A stretch of 64,000 nt of DNA. Source: Hypanus sabinus (taxonomy: Eukaryota). The notes beneath the pieces were generated by a model, which did not search any database, was not told the DNA's origin, and was given only the letters and a program-made list of their open reading frames with translations. A program made the translations under genes and the position numbers. Numbering within the stretch: position 1 is the first letter of the stretch; each line of letters begins with the position of its first letter. Shown one piece after another: positions 1 to 13,904 of the stretch. The DNA lies in NCBI RefSeq assembly GCF_030144855.1, contig NC_082718.1, positions 32,302,001-32,366,000 on the forward strand, in the 5' to 3' direction.

Positions 1-1094
1 ACTGTGACTGCCCACAAGAGAATGAATCTCAGGGTAGTATACGGCGACATATATGTACTTTGAACTTTGAGTGTCTGGTCACTATCATGGAGATTAAAGT
101 TTACACATCAGTTTGATGCTAAAGCACTTTTGTGACGGGCACTACATCAGTGCTAGCTTTTCTCTAAAGTTTGGAATGAATACTCCACGGTTTAGCTGCA
201 GCACATGGCAGTACCTGCTCTCCTTCTCTCTTGTCTTTTCTTGCATCTGGACTCAGTTGTCAGCGAAAGCAAACTCCCTTCCCCTCCCCCATCCCCACTT
301 GGCAATGACCCTGACAAATAGAACTCTTTCAGCTAAAATGCCAGAACAATCTTTACCTTAGAAAGTGGAAAACATGCAGATTTGGTGAAATGAATTAAAA
401 ATACCACTCAGCAGGTCAATCAGTATCCACCGTGATTACAGACATTGCTATTTCAGAAATAATGCTCCCTTTGCACAGTAAAATTGCCTTTCATTGAAAT
501 GCAATTATTCAAATACATCATATAGTCCCCAGCCAGATGGCTAGTGCATATAAACCCATAGCTGATAGCTGCATATTTAAAATGCATCATACTGAGGCAG
601 ACTCCAGACACCATCCCCCCACCCTGTTTACATAGTGCCAGAGTTTAACGACCTCAAACAAAGGCAGTGACACACCCCAGGAAAACCACGATTCCTCCTG
701 GCACCCCAGCCCCCTCCACAGATGCTGCCTGACTTGATGCGTTCCGCTGGAAAATGTGGATTCCAGCATCTGTAGATCCTTATGTCTCTGGTTCACAACT
801 CAGAATCAGATGTATTGTCACTGGAATTAGTTGCAAAAAAGGCTTAGCAGAGTCATCGATTTTCGACATTTCATCTCAGAGTTCAAAGTAAATTTATTAT
901 TGAAGTACAGAGGATGACTTAGGCACTGAGCTGGATTGAAACGGTCAAGGTGTCAGATTCGGACTGGCTCTCCGCTCCACGGGGCTTGCTCGTCTCCTCT
1001 GCGCTGAGCTGCCTGTGACCTGCAACGAGTGGACTGTAGTGATGCCTGGTGTGAACTTCAGCTCCGAATGCTTGCTCTTATTGTTTGAATGTTT

Positions 1095-1315
1095 NNNNNN
1101 NNNNNNNNNNNNNNNNNNNNNNNNNNNNNNNNNNNNNNNNNNNNNNNNNNNNNNNNNNNNNNNNNNNNNNNNNNNNNNNNNNNNNNNNNNNNNNNNNNNN
1201 NNNNNNNNNNNNNNNNNNNNNNNNNNNNNNNNNNNNNNNNNNNNNNNNNNNNNNNNNNNNNNNNNNNNNNNNNNNNNNNNNNNNNNNNNNNNNNNNNNNN
1301 NNNNNNNNNNNNNNN
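1095..1315. other. Assembly gap (N run)
   Basis: Run of n characters; ORFs spanning it are artefacts. Confidence 0.99.
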
Positions 1316-1454
1316 TGGACAATCTTCTTTTGTTTTTAATGGGTTCTATTGGGTTTCTTTGTTTTGTGGCTGCCTGTAAGGAGATGAATATCAAGGTTGT
1401 ATAAAATATATATACTTTGTACTTTGATCTTTTGAATTTTGATATGTCCTGGGT

Positions 1455-1812
1455 GGTATGATGGAGACCAAAGGAGGTGAAAGGTGCTCCTTCCCTCCGC
1501 TAGCCTGCAGGTCATCTTGGGCAAAGTGTAGCACCTGCTTAGCCCCCCCCGCCCCAATCAGGGTCACGTCATGTGAAGCCATGGGAGCAGGTGGTGGATG
1601 GTCGGATGATCAGCTGGTGCATGTCACAAGTCCTGGTTGTGCGACCACTGACGCCAGGCAGACAATCTCTGAAGAGTATTGATAATAGCTGGGGTCACCC
1701 GTCTTGTAAAGACACTGCCCAGAAGAAGACATTGGCCTTCTGTAGAAAACTTTGCCAAGAACAATCAGGGTCATTGATCATGTTCGCCTATGTCGCATGA
1801 CATAATGATGAC
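1455..1812 (+). mobile_element. Interspersed ~350 bp SINE-like repeat (probably RTE-associated); further copies on the - strand at ~9597-9890, ~27560-27915 and ~60590-60960
   Basis: Four recognisably similar copies in the window share e.g. gtcttgtaaagacactgcccagaag and gctccttccctcc. Family assignment is inference. Confidence 0.6.
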
Positions 1813-3129
1813 AGTTATGTCACCATATACAATGCTGGGATTCATTTGCTTGTGGGCATACATAGTAAATCCAAAAGCACAATGAAAGACAGCACCAAAC
1901 AGGACGTACAAACAACCAATATGCAAAAGACAACAAACTGTTCAAACACAAAAGAAAAAAAGTAATAATAAATAAATAAATAAACAAACAATAAATATCG
2001 AGAACAAGATGAAAAGTCCTAGAAAGTGAGTCCATAGGTTGAGGGAACAGTTCAGTGACAAGGCATCTGGATCACTTTCTGCTCTTTGAAAGGAAATTTC
2101 TCCTCAGTTCTGTAGCTCATGTTGAAACTAATTCTCTGTGGTTCTTTTGGGGGAAGTGCAAAGTACTTTAAATATGCAAAGTAAAATTATCTACATTCAT
2201 TTCGCCATAATAGAAACATCACATTAAAGATTAAAACATGCAGCCAACAGAAAGGATTTAATTTCTGGAGGAGATGTAAGAAAGTTCCTTCATGCACTGG
2301 AAATAGTATCAAGGGCAGGTGTGTGTTCTAGCTCTCAAATCAACCATCCGGGTCAAATGTCAAAAACAAAAAAATAATCTTAACCCAGACTCTCCCAGAT
2401 AATGGAGGTGGCCCAGAGCAGGTGGGGGCAAACAACTATCTGGGGAGGTTATAGGCAAGTTAATCACCTCTAATGAGGCTCAAAGCTTCCAACTTACCCA
2501 GCCAATATTTGCTATCGTGGTTTCGCAGGCCTCGGCTAAGCCAGTGAAGTAAGGAGGTGTTGAGGGAGATGTTTATGACTAGGAAGTGACCACGTGCTTC
2601 TACCTGTTCAACTCACTTGCCCTCGACACCCACCCCCACTGCCACCAGCGTCAAACAATTGTTGGATTATGGATTGACCCTGTCTGTTCAGACGGAAGCC
2701 CTGCTCTTGATCAGGTTGGCTTTCAGGTGTAGAAATTGTTGGGACAAAGAGGTAGCATGTGTTTTGTTTTATTTAGAGATACCTCACGCAATAGGCCCTA
2801 TCAGCCCGACGAGCCACACCACGGACTGTCTCAATTTGACCCTAATCTAATCATGGGACAATTTACAATGACCATATAACCTTCCCAGTGAGTCATTGGA
2901 CTGTGGGAGGAAACTGGAGGACACGGAGAAAATCCCTGCACCGACGGTCAGTGAGGCAATGACGCAATAGTGGCAAGCGTTTCGTGCAGTTTCCAACAGG
3001 GTCTGTGCGGTTTCATTTTGGCCTGATTCTGCACACAAACCATTGTGGTGTTCTTTTTAAACTGAGCTTTGACTAAATTCCATTAATTTTGCAGGGCTCT
3101 GTCCGGGTGCTAGTGCAATGTGTTTCATT

Positions 3130-3420
3130 TTTATTTTATTTCGAGATGCAGCACGGAATATGCCCTACCAGCTATACAACCTGTGCAGCCTAGCAACCTC
3201 CGACCACCCCAGTTTAACCCTGGCCCAATCACAGGACAACTTACAATGACCAATTAACTAATCAGTATGTCTGAACCGTGGGAGGAAACCAGAGCACACA
3301 GGGAAAACCCACACATTCCACGGGGAGGATGTACAGATTCCTTAAAGAAGAGGCTGAGATTGAACTCTGAAATCTGATGCTGCAAGCTGTAAGAGTGTCA
3401 TGTTAACCACTACGCCATCA
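3130..3420 (-). mobile_element. tRNA-derived V-type SINE (HE1-like); other copies ~2760-2940(-), ~10330-10580(+), ~11005-11265(-), ~20930-21185(+), ~24845-25148(+), ~45400-45580(-), ~54205-54525(+), ~55045-55320(-)
   Basis: Head resembles tRNA A/B boxes (tagtgtagcggttagc...gttcaattcc). Central motif ggtttcctccgggtgctccggtttcctcccaca is repeated across copies. Confidence 0.75.
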
Positions 3421-3776
3421 TGGGTAATCTTCCAGCTTTCGGTTCCCTCCCAACCCCAAAATTACCTCCAATTGCTGTTTTTTGTCTCTCTAAGATGGTT
3501 TTTAGGAAGTGAAGAAAGGAAATCTGCAGTCTGGGTTGAGTGTTGTAACCTTGTCACAGTGATAAAGCATAGTCTGTCAGTAACAGAGGCATGTTAACAC
3601 TGTTCCCTCTACGCTGCCGGGCAGTAACTGAAATGCTCTTATGCACATACCCTTCGTTGCCACACGGCTGGAATGTTCTTTTGTATGTTTTATTAAGAAC
3701 CAAATATTCTGTCGGTGGCTGTTCTGAGTCTTGCTCAGCTCTTCAGACAAAGTGCAGATGCTGGAATCCCTGACTA

Positions 3777-3869
3777 ACACACACAAAATGCTGGAGGAAC
3801 TCGGCAAGCCAGGCAGCATCTGTGGAAAAGAGTACAGTCGACGCTTTGGGCTGAGACACTTCCTCAGGA
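3777..3869 (-). mobile_element. Penelope-like terminal repeat fragment with degenerate hammerhead motif
   Basis: acacacacaaaatgctggaggaactc...gcagcatc terminus shared with ~12 copies in the window; flanked by direct repeat ccctgacta (3768-3776 / 3870-3878). Confidence 0.65.
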
Positions 3870-4697
3870 CCCTGACTACCAGGCATGAATGTTCTTAGGA
3901 GCTCAGTGTCTGGGTAAAAGTTTCCTATATTTGCAGAGAACCTGAGGGAGTTATTGGAGGATCTCTACAATTGAAAGTTATTTCTGCTCTGTAATCTTGA
4001 TTTTTTTTCTCCTTTTTCCTCTGTCACTTGGAAATACGTGTGAGGATATCTGGACTATTGGCAGGGCCCCAGTGGAGTTGCTCTGACGCAAGCCATTGGA
4101 ACAGCTCCAGGAACCATGCAGATTTCCTCTTTTACGGGAAAGCACATTCTAGACCCACACCCTAGGCCATTAGGAACGTGGATGGAGGCCCGCACTAGGG
4201 TCACTACCTGACCACGGCCAATACTTTCCATTTCTTCCTCTGGAATCCTATCTGTAGCTTGTTAAACTCTGCATTCCGCAGCAACTGTACTTAAGGCAAA
4301 TGTTGCAAAGTGTGTTATGAATCACTAGCAAAAAATCATTTTTTGTCTCTTTCCGTCAGCTTCTGCTCTCTCCCTTGATCTCCAACCTCCCTTCTCTCTC
4401 CCATTTGTCCCCCCTCCCACCCCCACAAAAAGCAAACTTAATTTTGCAACATAAACAAAATGCTGGGGAACGCAGCACTTAAGGCAGCATCCATGGTGGG
4501 GAATAAACAGTCGATATTTCAGGCTGAGACCCCTCATCGGGACCTTTTCATTCATTTCTTTGAACTGAATACTCATGTGGAAACAGTTAGTTGATTTCTA
4601 CAAAGAAAACAGAGTCTTTTTGTGCTCAGTTTTCAAAATGAACAATCAAATGAGGTTTTGGTTAATAATTCTGTTTTCTCTCTTTTCTTTCTTGTAG

Positions 4698-4727
4698 TAT
4701 ATCCATTCTGCTGGCATCATTCACAGA
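4698..4727 (+). CDS. mapk11: p38-beta MAPK exon 5 (YIHSAGIIHR)
   Basis: Pyrimidine tract + tag| 30 nt |gtaagt. Size and peptide match p38 exon 5; HSAGIIHR rather than the p38-alpha HSADIIHR. Confidence 0.95.
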
Positions 4728-5689
4728 GTAAGTAGAGATTTCTTACATGCACTCCAAAAATAAAGGATATTCTAAAGAAAGAAGGATTTCATAGAAACCA
4801 AATTGGGTTACACAGGGCAATCAAAAACATCTTTGAGCCCATGAAACAAAGAGGCCTGCCAGGCACTTGACAAAGAAAAGGCAGTGTAAAAATGTCTTGC
4901 TCAGAGCAACGGTTGGTCTGCACAGCTGTAAAAAAAAGAGAGAGAGAATGATGAACGTTAACCTTGCTTTTTGAAACTAATACTCTGTTCTGAGTCTTCC
5001 AGCAGTTCTTTGGACATTGCTGAGGTGGCTAGAAGCCCTGACCACCAGGCATCAGAGCTCAATGTTTGGGTAAAAGCTTTCTATGCTTGCAGAGAACCTG
5101 TGGGGGCTTCTATCCTGTAATCTATGGAGTCAGGTCATCTGTTCAGCGTGACCTGAGCCCCGATCCTGACGTATCTCCGCAACCATTAGTAGGGGCTGGC
5201 AAAGGACTGTCCTGAAGTTGGTGACATACCTGGTAGCTCCAGCTTTTGAAGAATTCTGCAAAGCTCCTTTCAGAAGAAGACCAATATCCCAGTCATTTTG
5301 AGAACAGTCTTGGAGTGTTTCTGGGTGTAACCCTAACCTAGAATGTCTTGCGAATCCCAGCTCCGATATGCCAAATGCCAAACTTTTTACAGTGTACAGT
5401 GCAGGAGGTAGGACGATGTGAAACTTAGAAACAGCAGAGGTATTCCCGGACCATCGGTTCAAAAGCAAGAGACACAAATGCAAATCCTTCTGTGACACTG
5501 AGGAAGTTAAATTCAGTTTATTATATGAAACTCTGTAATGAAAATCCATTGTAATTGTGGTGACAGAACTACTGGATTCCTGTAAAAACACAGATATTTC
5601 ACCAGAGACTTTATCATCCATTCCCATTGTGACCTAGAATTTCTAGCAAGGTGGTGATTGACTCGCAGTCCCCTTTGAGACGCGAGGAA

Positions 5690-6165
5690 TCCTGCAGATG
5701 GGAAATCCAAAGCAGGACACACAGAACGCTGGGGGGACTCAGCAGGTCAGGCAGAATCTATGGAAATGCATAGATAGTCAGTGTTTCGGGCTGAGGCCCT
5801 TCTTCAGGACTGAGAAGGAGGGGGGAGAGGCCAGAATAAAAAGTTGGGGGGGAGAGGGAAGGAACTTGGCTGAAAGGCAGCAAGCAGGAATTCCCAGTGG
5901 TGAAACATTTTAATTTTAATTCCCACACCCGTTCTAATGTGGCAGTCCATGGCCTGCTCGTGATGACATGATTATTGGTTTCTTCTTCCAGTAAACAAAT
6001 TCAACCCCCCCTCCTCCATTTCCCACTCTGACCTTTTAACTCTTCTAACCTGCCTGATACTTCTTCCGGTGGGGCTCCTCCTTCCCTTTCTCACCTTCCT
6101 TCTCAGTCTTAAAGAAGGGTCTCAGGCCAAAATGTTGACTGTCTATTCATCTCTTTTGAAATAGC
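5690..6165. mobile_element. Penelope-like element remnant with inverted termini
   Basis: Terminal repeat at ~5720-5811 and an inverted degenerate copy at ~6100-6165; internal sequence resembles the 16708-18089 element. Confidence 0.6.
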
Positions 6166-6187
6166 CTGACAGGCTAATTGATTTAGA

Positions 6188-6374
6188 CAACACACACAAA
6201 ATGCTGGTGGAATACAGCAGGCCAGGCAGCATCTATAGGGAGAAGCATTATAGGGAGCTCGACATTTCGGGCCGAGACGACAGTGCTTCTCCCTATAGAT
6301 GCTGCCTGGCCTGCTGTGTTCCACCAGCATTTTGTGTGTGTTGCTTGAATTTCTAGCATCTGCATATTTCCTCA
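6188..6374. mobile_element. Fold-back mini Penelope-like insertion
   Basis: 60-bp inverted arms (6188-6247 / 6284-6343); 13-bp TSD taattgat(t/g)aga with one mismatch (6175-6187 / 6375-6387). Confidence 0.8.
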
Positions 6375-7277
6375 TAATTGATTGAGAGACTCTCACCAAT
6401 TGCTGTCCTTGTCTGGGGTGGCCATCAGTGTAACCAAACAATCCAGCCAAGTGTCATCCTCTGACCCCTCCTGTTGCTGCATCAGGATTCAAGGGGAGGT
6501 GTGGGGGGGGGGGGTGGGGAACATAACTACTAGGCCTCTGTCCTTCCAGAAGTTTCCACAAACTTACCACCTCCCCTTCTCTCACCAAGCAGAGGAGCTC
6601 CAATGCAATGAGTGGATAACAAGCATGGCAAGGTAGATTAAGTCAGGGGACTGTCGGGATACATAAGGGTTCTATACCAGAGAACTGTCTGTAACTGGAA
6701 ATAAGTAATTCCCCCAAAATGAAGTGAAATCTTTTGGCCTCTACAATGAGCATTTTCAGGAAGTAGACCAAGAGATGTCAGAATAGGTGATAGGCTTTGT
6801 TACCAGCCAGTGAACTGTGACAAAATTTTGCCTGAATGCAGCCCGGGTAGAGTGGGAGTGGGAGGGGGAGGGGGGTAAGCTAATCAGCAGGAAAACTGGC
6901 AACAGTCTTAACAAAAGAAAAGAAAGCGGGTATTAATGAAGAAGTGTACACAGGGTTCATAATGTTTGATCTTGCCTGAAGAATTTGGGTTTCTTTTGAG
7001 TGATCTAAGTGTTGCGAACACTATAGCTGAGAGCAAGGTCTGGGTCTGGGAGAATTTACATTGAGTTGGATTTTTATAAGTCAGGCCTTTGGTATACTGC
7101 TTCTAAAAATTGGTGCAGATAACTTTTTGAAGCTTGGTAGATGGCTGTAAAATAATGTTTTAATTAAAATCAGATTCTAGTCAGTGATTCTTTTTATGGA
7201 AGTCGAAGGAGTAGTGTCTGATTAAGTAATTTTGCAGTTAGGAAATCAAAACTGCTAAATATCACAACCAAAACATG

Positions 7278-7778
7278 GTGGTTGTTGGACGATGACAGGA
7301 GACCTGTGCAGGAGTTTTTAAAGTGGAAAAGCTGTTGAACCGGGGCAGTTCCACTCTCTCGACCTCAGAAGTCTGGGTCCAGCATCACAAGCTAGGCTCT
7401 TCCTCAGTTGCAGTGGATGACCATCACACCTTCTGTGTCTTGTTGTGCCCTTCGCTCTCACCGAGCGTTGCGGTACGGACGTCCTGGCCATTGGATCCCA
7501 CTGTAGATCTGATCTGCCCAGTCCACCGCAGCGAGCTTCACGTGCTAGGACTGACGTGCCCCTGTTTCACCGGAGTATGAGGCTGCCGGCTGCCCTCGCC
7601 TGGTTTAGCCCACTTGTTGAAGTACCGGTGTGGCTGCTGTCACACGCAAACAGCTACTTGGAGACACAGGCGAGCGCTGAGTGTTGGGTGAGTGAGCAGC
7701 CCTGGAATGGACACAACAAGCCCCTTCACCAGAGTGCTACCCCTCCCTGGACACCCCATCCAACCCACAACCAAAATA
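7278..7778 (-). mobile_element. ~480 bp interspersed repeat (RTE-like 5' UTR or derived SINE); second copy ~8673-9158
   Basis: Two diverged direct copies flank exons 6-7 (shared gatgacagga.acctgtg, tttaaagtggaaaagctgttg, ccccttcaccagag). Family assignment is uncertain. Confidence 0.55.
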
Positions 7779-7942
7779 AATCTACTTAAAAATCAGAACC
7801 AAAGGTCTATTACTTACTGACGATACTGAAAGTGTAAATACACTGAGGAAGAACTCTTTGCAGACCCTTTACTGTACGAACTTGTTTATGCAAACTGTCT
7901 TGAATTTGTTACAAATACTCAAATATTATTTTTTCTTTGCAG

Positions 7943-7990
7943 GACCTGAAACCAAGTAATTTAGCAGTAAACGAGGATTGTGAGTTAAGG
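7943..7990 (+). CDS. mapk11: p38-beta exon 6 (DLKPSNLAVNEDCELR)
   Basis: ttgcag| 48 nt |gtaagt; catalytic loop (HR)DLKPSN; CELR is the p38-beta signature (alpha has CELK). Confidence 0.97.
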
Positions 7991-8101
7991 GTAAGTGCAA
8001 CATAATAATTGAAATATATTTAGAAATGAGCAACATTTTTTTCTGACGCCAATGTTTCATTGTAATATGCATATATACATTAATATAATATTGTCTTATA
8101 G

Positions 8102-8260
<159 letters not shown>

Positions 8261-11200
8261 TAAGCAAACCGAGGGTTACTGGAGTGTTGAGGATACATTA
8301 CAGTTCGTGTGGTGTAGTATTAGATCAGTGCTGTTTCAATATTTCTAGTGGCTGATGCTCTGGGATCAGACAACCCCTTCTCGGTCTGAGCCTCCCACTG
8401 TAAACCCCCAGAGAGATAGAAAATCTGGTGGAGCTACAAGACCAAAGAGAAATGTGGATACATTTTTCCCTTCCTTGGCATATTTCTGTTCTAAAATTGG
8501 AGTGAATGAAGTTGTCAGTTTGCCAGTACAAGTGAGTTCATGCCAACTCACCTTTGCAGTATTGTAGGACTCCCAGCATATCACAGTCAGTCTCATTATA
8601 ATGAGATTCAATGGGATGGGAGCAGTCTATGTATTTTTTAAATATACAGTACTGTGTAGAAGTCTTGAACAGAGTGGTGGTTGTCCAACGATGACAGGAA
8701 ACCTGTGTGGGAGAGTTTTTAAAGTGGAAAAGCTGTTGCACTGGGGCAGTTCCACTCTCTTGACCTCAAAGTCTGAATCCAGTGGTATGAACAAGCATCA
8801 CAAAATGGGGTCTTCCTTGGTTGCTGCTATGCCCGGCACTCTCCAGTGGGGTGTTGCTGTACTTGGTTGTTGGATCTTACTGGAGGTCTTGTCCACCCGG
8901 TCTGCCAGAGCTGACTTCACATGCTGGGACAGACTTCCCCTTACCTCACCGGTGCACGAGGCTGCTTGCTGCCCTCACCTGATTTAGGCCGCCTTTTGAA
9001 GCCGTGTACCAGGGTGTGGCCGCTGTCGCATGCAAACAGCTATTTGGAGGCAGGAGTGAGAGTTGAGTGTCCGGTGTGGACCAAAGCTGAGTGAGCTGCC
9101 CCAGAATGGACACGACAAGCCCCTTCACCAGAGATGCTGCCCCTCCCTGGAGACACCATACATTCCAAACAGTACTGTAACGAAATAAACAAAATATTAA
9201 CAAAAAATTAAAACTCAGGTATTGTTGTTTCAAGGGCAAATAAAGAGAGGGAGATTGCTATCTTCCCACCATGTGCTTCAAATTAAATCAAAATTAACCC
9301 ATGCAGGAAATGATACAAAAGCAGCTTACAATACTGCACAAAAGTCTAAGGCACCTTACTTATACAGGTATATATAAATGTGCCCAAGATATTTCCACAG
9401 TACTGTATGTTTTAATTATGTAGGGGGATGATACTTCTCTCTCTTTAAAACTTTTGAATAAATAATCTTCCAACAGTACAGCTGCTGAAAGGGTTCAATA
9501 GACTGTGAGACAGAGTGCCCATGTTTCAACAGCATAACCAAAATACAACTCAGATAGGAATGCAACAGAAAGTCTTTGGGTGAGACGGGTTCTTCAAATC
9601 ATCATAATCATTATGTGCCTTGTCAGATGTAAGACGGGCCAGCGTGGTCTCATGACCATGATTGTTCTTGGCTAATTTTTCTATAGAAGGGGTTTGCCAT
9701 TACCACCTTCTGGGCAGTGTCTTTACAAGACAGGTGACCCCAGCCATAATAGGTACTCTTCAGAGATTGCCTGGCATCAGTGCTGGCGTAACCAGGATGT
9801 GACATGCATCAGCTGCTCATACAACCATCCACTGCCTGCGGAGGGAAGGAATGCCTTGCATCTCCTTTGATAGAGATGTATATTCACCCCTCCACACAGA
9901 TCTTCCAATAAGGAAGGATTTAAAGTTCTAAAATGACAGCGCAAAAGTAGGATTGGATTTCATCCTAATTGGGTGCATAAAGGGTGCTACAGTAGCATAG
10001 CGGTTAATGTGACACTGTTACAGCTAAAAACGTATAAACTCCAGCTACGCAGCAACTAAGCTATGTGCCTGGGAGTATTCAGTTACTGCGTGGCCATGCA
10101 CCCGCACTGTTTAGAGGGAACAGTGTTAACATTCCTCTGTTAGTGAGAGCAACTGGGTAAAGACACTATATTTTATCACTGTGACAAAGGTTACAGCACT
10201 CAACCCAAACTGCAGATTTCCTTTCTTCACTTCCTAAAAGCCATCTCTTAGAGACGAGCAGCAGCAATTAGAGGTAATTTTGGGGGGAATCCCAAAGCTA
10301 GAAGTCTGGAATTACCCACAATAGCATAAGGTCAGAGTTCAGTGTTCAATCCCAGCATCGTCTGTAAGAAGTCTGTGTAAGGAGAATGTGTGGCTTTTCC
10401 CCGGGTGCTCTTGTTTCCTCCCACAGTCCAAAGACGTACTGGTTTGGTTAACTGGTCATTGTAAATTGTCCTGTGATTGGGTTAGGGTTAAATTGGGGTT
10501 GTCAGGGGTTGCTAGGCAGTGTGGCTCGTAGGGCCAGAAGGTCCTTTTCTGTGCTGAATTGCTAAATCAAAATAAAAATAAGACATATTACACTAATGTC
10601 CAGAGAGAGCCCTGCAAAATTAATGGAATTTAGTTAAGGCTCAGTTTAATGAGAACACCAATATGGTTTGCATGCAGAGTCATGCTAAAATGCAACTATG
10701 CAGATCCTGTTGGAAGCTACATGAAGCGCTTGTGACTGATGCATCATTACCTCACTGACCACCAGGAAGCACATTAGATCTTAAAGGCCTCTTGCTGTGA
10801 CAGCAAAGAGAAGCAGCAAAGATTATTGTAGAGAGAACTGCAGAGGCGGCAAAAACAGGGGTCTTTGAGAAAAATCACAGTTAGTCATATGCCTGACTGA
10901 GTCCAATGATACAAGTGGCAGCACACTGCTGAGTGGTGCAGGAAGATCAATGGGCAGAGGATGCAACATACAGCTCTAATGTGACTGCAGAAAATTAAAT
11001 TTCTTTAATTAATTTATTTAAAGATACGGGCCCTTTGAGCCACACTGCCCAGCAGCCCTTGATTTAACTCTAGCATAATCATAGGACAGCTTATTCACCT
11101 ACCAACCGGTATATCTTTGGACTGTGGGAGGAAACCGGAGCACCCGGAGACAACTCCCACATTCCACAGGGAGGACATACAGACTCCTTACAGATGACAT

Positions 11201-12273
11201 CGGAATTGAACTCCGAGCTGTCACCCTGAGCTGCAGCTGCGACGTGCTAAAGACCATGCTACCGTGGTTCCTGAGAAGGTTGCCACGTAACGGAGCAGCT
11301 AGTGGTGAGGTTTCCATTGCTCTGAACAGCAAGCACCAAGCTTGGCAGGTGCTGTACTCAAGACATCGATGTCACAGTGCAGACCCTGGAATGGAATTAC
11401 ATTGCGGATCTCAGTCTAACTTTGTCACAGTTTTTGTTTGTGTGTGTAACATCAATCCAAAAAGGTTCCAGCGATTGGTGGCAAAGAAAGACAAGTGTGG
11501 TGCTTGACTTATAATAACATTTGAGCATGTGGTTGACAAAATCCCAATATTGAAAGGCTTGAACCAATCTCTTAATGAGTGCATATTCACCCAGAAATTA
11601 TCACCAGTGCATTCTAACTCAGGTAAAATCACCTTTATATTTGCATGTGTGGTTTATATGAAACCTGAATGTTAGAAGATCCATTTTGAAGGCCATATTC
11701 TTATTTTGGGCAAAAGGCATTTCGATTACTGAGAGCAAAGGAGGTGTAATGAGTTCTTCGGGCCTGTGACAGACTGAGTCAGGCTTAAAGGTTTGTAGAG
11801 CACCTGAAACGGTTTATTGTTGTTTAATAAGAGGTGTTAATTATTTAGAGTTTCTTGTGTTTTTCATGAGTGACTTTGTAATGTAGTCTCCTGGTGCCTT
11901 TTGTTTAAGTTTGTTAAGTTTACTTTGTTAGACTTGCTTGTATTATTTAAGTAGACCAGTGCTAATCACGAGGCCCTAGTTTTGAGAATGTTACTTCTCG
12001 GGGTGTCGCTCGGCTGAGCCACTGGTGTTCTTTCAGAATTATTGTGAATGAACTCTCATCGCCGTCTCTAATTCAGAGTTAGACTTTCCTCTGTGCTTGG
12101 GTTCTGACATTGCCAGCACACATCGTGATATTTAGGACAAAGACCTGCCCAAAAAGTACTGGAAATTTAGGCAGCTTAAGCAACCCATTCATAATCAATT
12201 ATGAATTTTGTTTTTAAATACAATGTGATTTTTTTAAAAAAATGTACTGAATCTTAAGCTCTCAATGTTTTGA

Positions 12274-12516
<243 letters not shown>

Positions 12517-12624
12517 TGAAATGTCAGGTCATTGGAAGTGTATATATATGTACAGTACTGATGAGTACATCTCAGTCGGGTGTGTGTGCCATCAGCCAAG
12601 ATACCAGTCATGATCTCAGGTGAG

Positions 12625-13160
12625 GTGGGTTTTATCCATCACGGGTAAAGCCCTCTCCACCATTGAGCATATCTTCATAAAGTGTTGTCAAAGGCGAGGA
12701 GCATCCATCATCAGGGACCCCCACCACCCAGGTCATGCTCTCTCCTCGCTGCTGCCATCTGGAAGAAGCTACAAGAGCTTCAAGACTCTCACCACCAGAT
12801 TCAGGAACAGCTATTACCCCTCAACCATCAGGCTCTTGAACCAAAGAGGATAACTTCACTCAACTTCACTTGCCCCATCATTGAAATGTTCCCACAATCA
12901 ATGGACTCATTTTCAAGGACTCTTCATCTCAAATTCTCAATATGTATTGCTTGCTTGCTTGCTTATTTATTTATTTATTGTTTTTGCACAGTTTGGTATC
13001 TTTTGCACACTGGTTGAATACGTAAGTTGGTGTGGTCTTTCATTGATTATATTATGGTTATTATTCTGTAATGGATTTACTGAGAATGCTCACAAGAAAA
13101 TAAATCTCAGGGTTGTATATGGTGATTGTATATGTACTTGGACGATTTTACTTTGAAGTA
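12625..13160 (+). mobile_element. Rex1/Babar-type LINE 3' end; other fragments ~1-70, ~21805-22040(-), ~22075-22515(+), ~27395-28110, ~37875-39010(-), ~39515-39966(+), ~43035-43255(-), ~53560-53740(+), ~59365-59720(-)
   Basis: Peptide SIIRDPHHPGHALSSLLPSGRSYKSFKTLTTRFRNSYYP is typical of the Rex1/Babar ORF C-terminus; shared 3' UTR ending in (tttgaac)n or (gattct)n tails. Confidence 0.75.
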
Positions 13161-13904
13161 AAATCGTCTTTTAAAGTTTTAAACTTTTAAACTTTTAAAA
13201 TTTGAAGAGGAGGACTATTAGCCAGAGGCTGTCTACTAGCTGTTGTGAGTTGAGTTCCTCACAAAATCTGTGTGGATCTCAAAGTTCAAAGTATATGTAC
13301 TGACAACAACCTTGAGATGTGTCTTCTTGCAGGCAGTCACAAAACAAAGAAACACCATGGAACATATTTTTTAAAAACCCACATAACAAAGACCATCAAA
13401 CACGCAATGTGCAAAAAAAAAGAACAAATCGTGCAAACAATAAAAAAGTGAACAAATAACACGCAGAGCATGAACCGCAGAGTCCCTGAAAGTAAGTCGC
13501 TTCAATCCTGCCCCAAGTTGGCTCTCAATTCTCGAGAACCCAGTTTGCTGAATTCTTCAGGATACCTCAAAAATGCCAGGCCATACAGTCGGTTTAAAAA
13601 CATGACTCCTAAAGGGAAATTACAGGCAGTGATTGGAGTCCAGGAGAAGTGTAATTATTAATAGAATAGATAATTAGTTTTATTAGTTGCCTGTAAAGCT
13701 CGGGTAGCCATCTCTGTTGACTTGCCCTGTATGACCCAGTCATACCCATACCCCTTTGTAAAACAGAACTACTTTTTGGGTCCAGATTCAGTAACTTCCT
13801 CGACTTTAGCTTCATAAACAATGACTTCCATATCATTGTCCGTGACAATATCAGCCTAATATTTCAATTGGTAGGCATTCACTCACCAAGCGCAAGAATT
13901 CATT

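Noticed and set aside
945-1404. ORFs with poly-X (also 55625-55993)
   Set aside because: Artefacts of N gaps.
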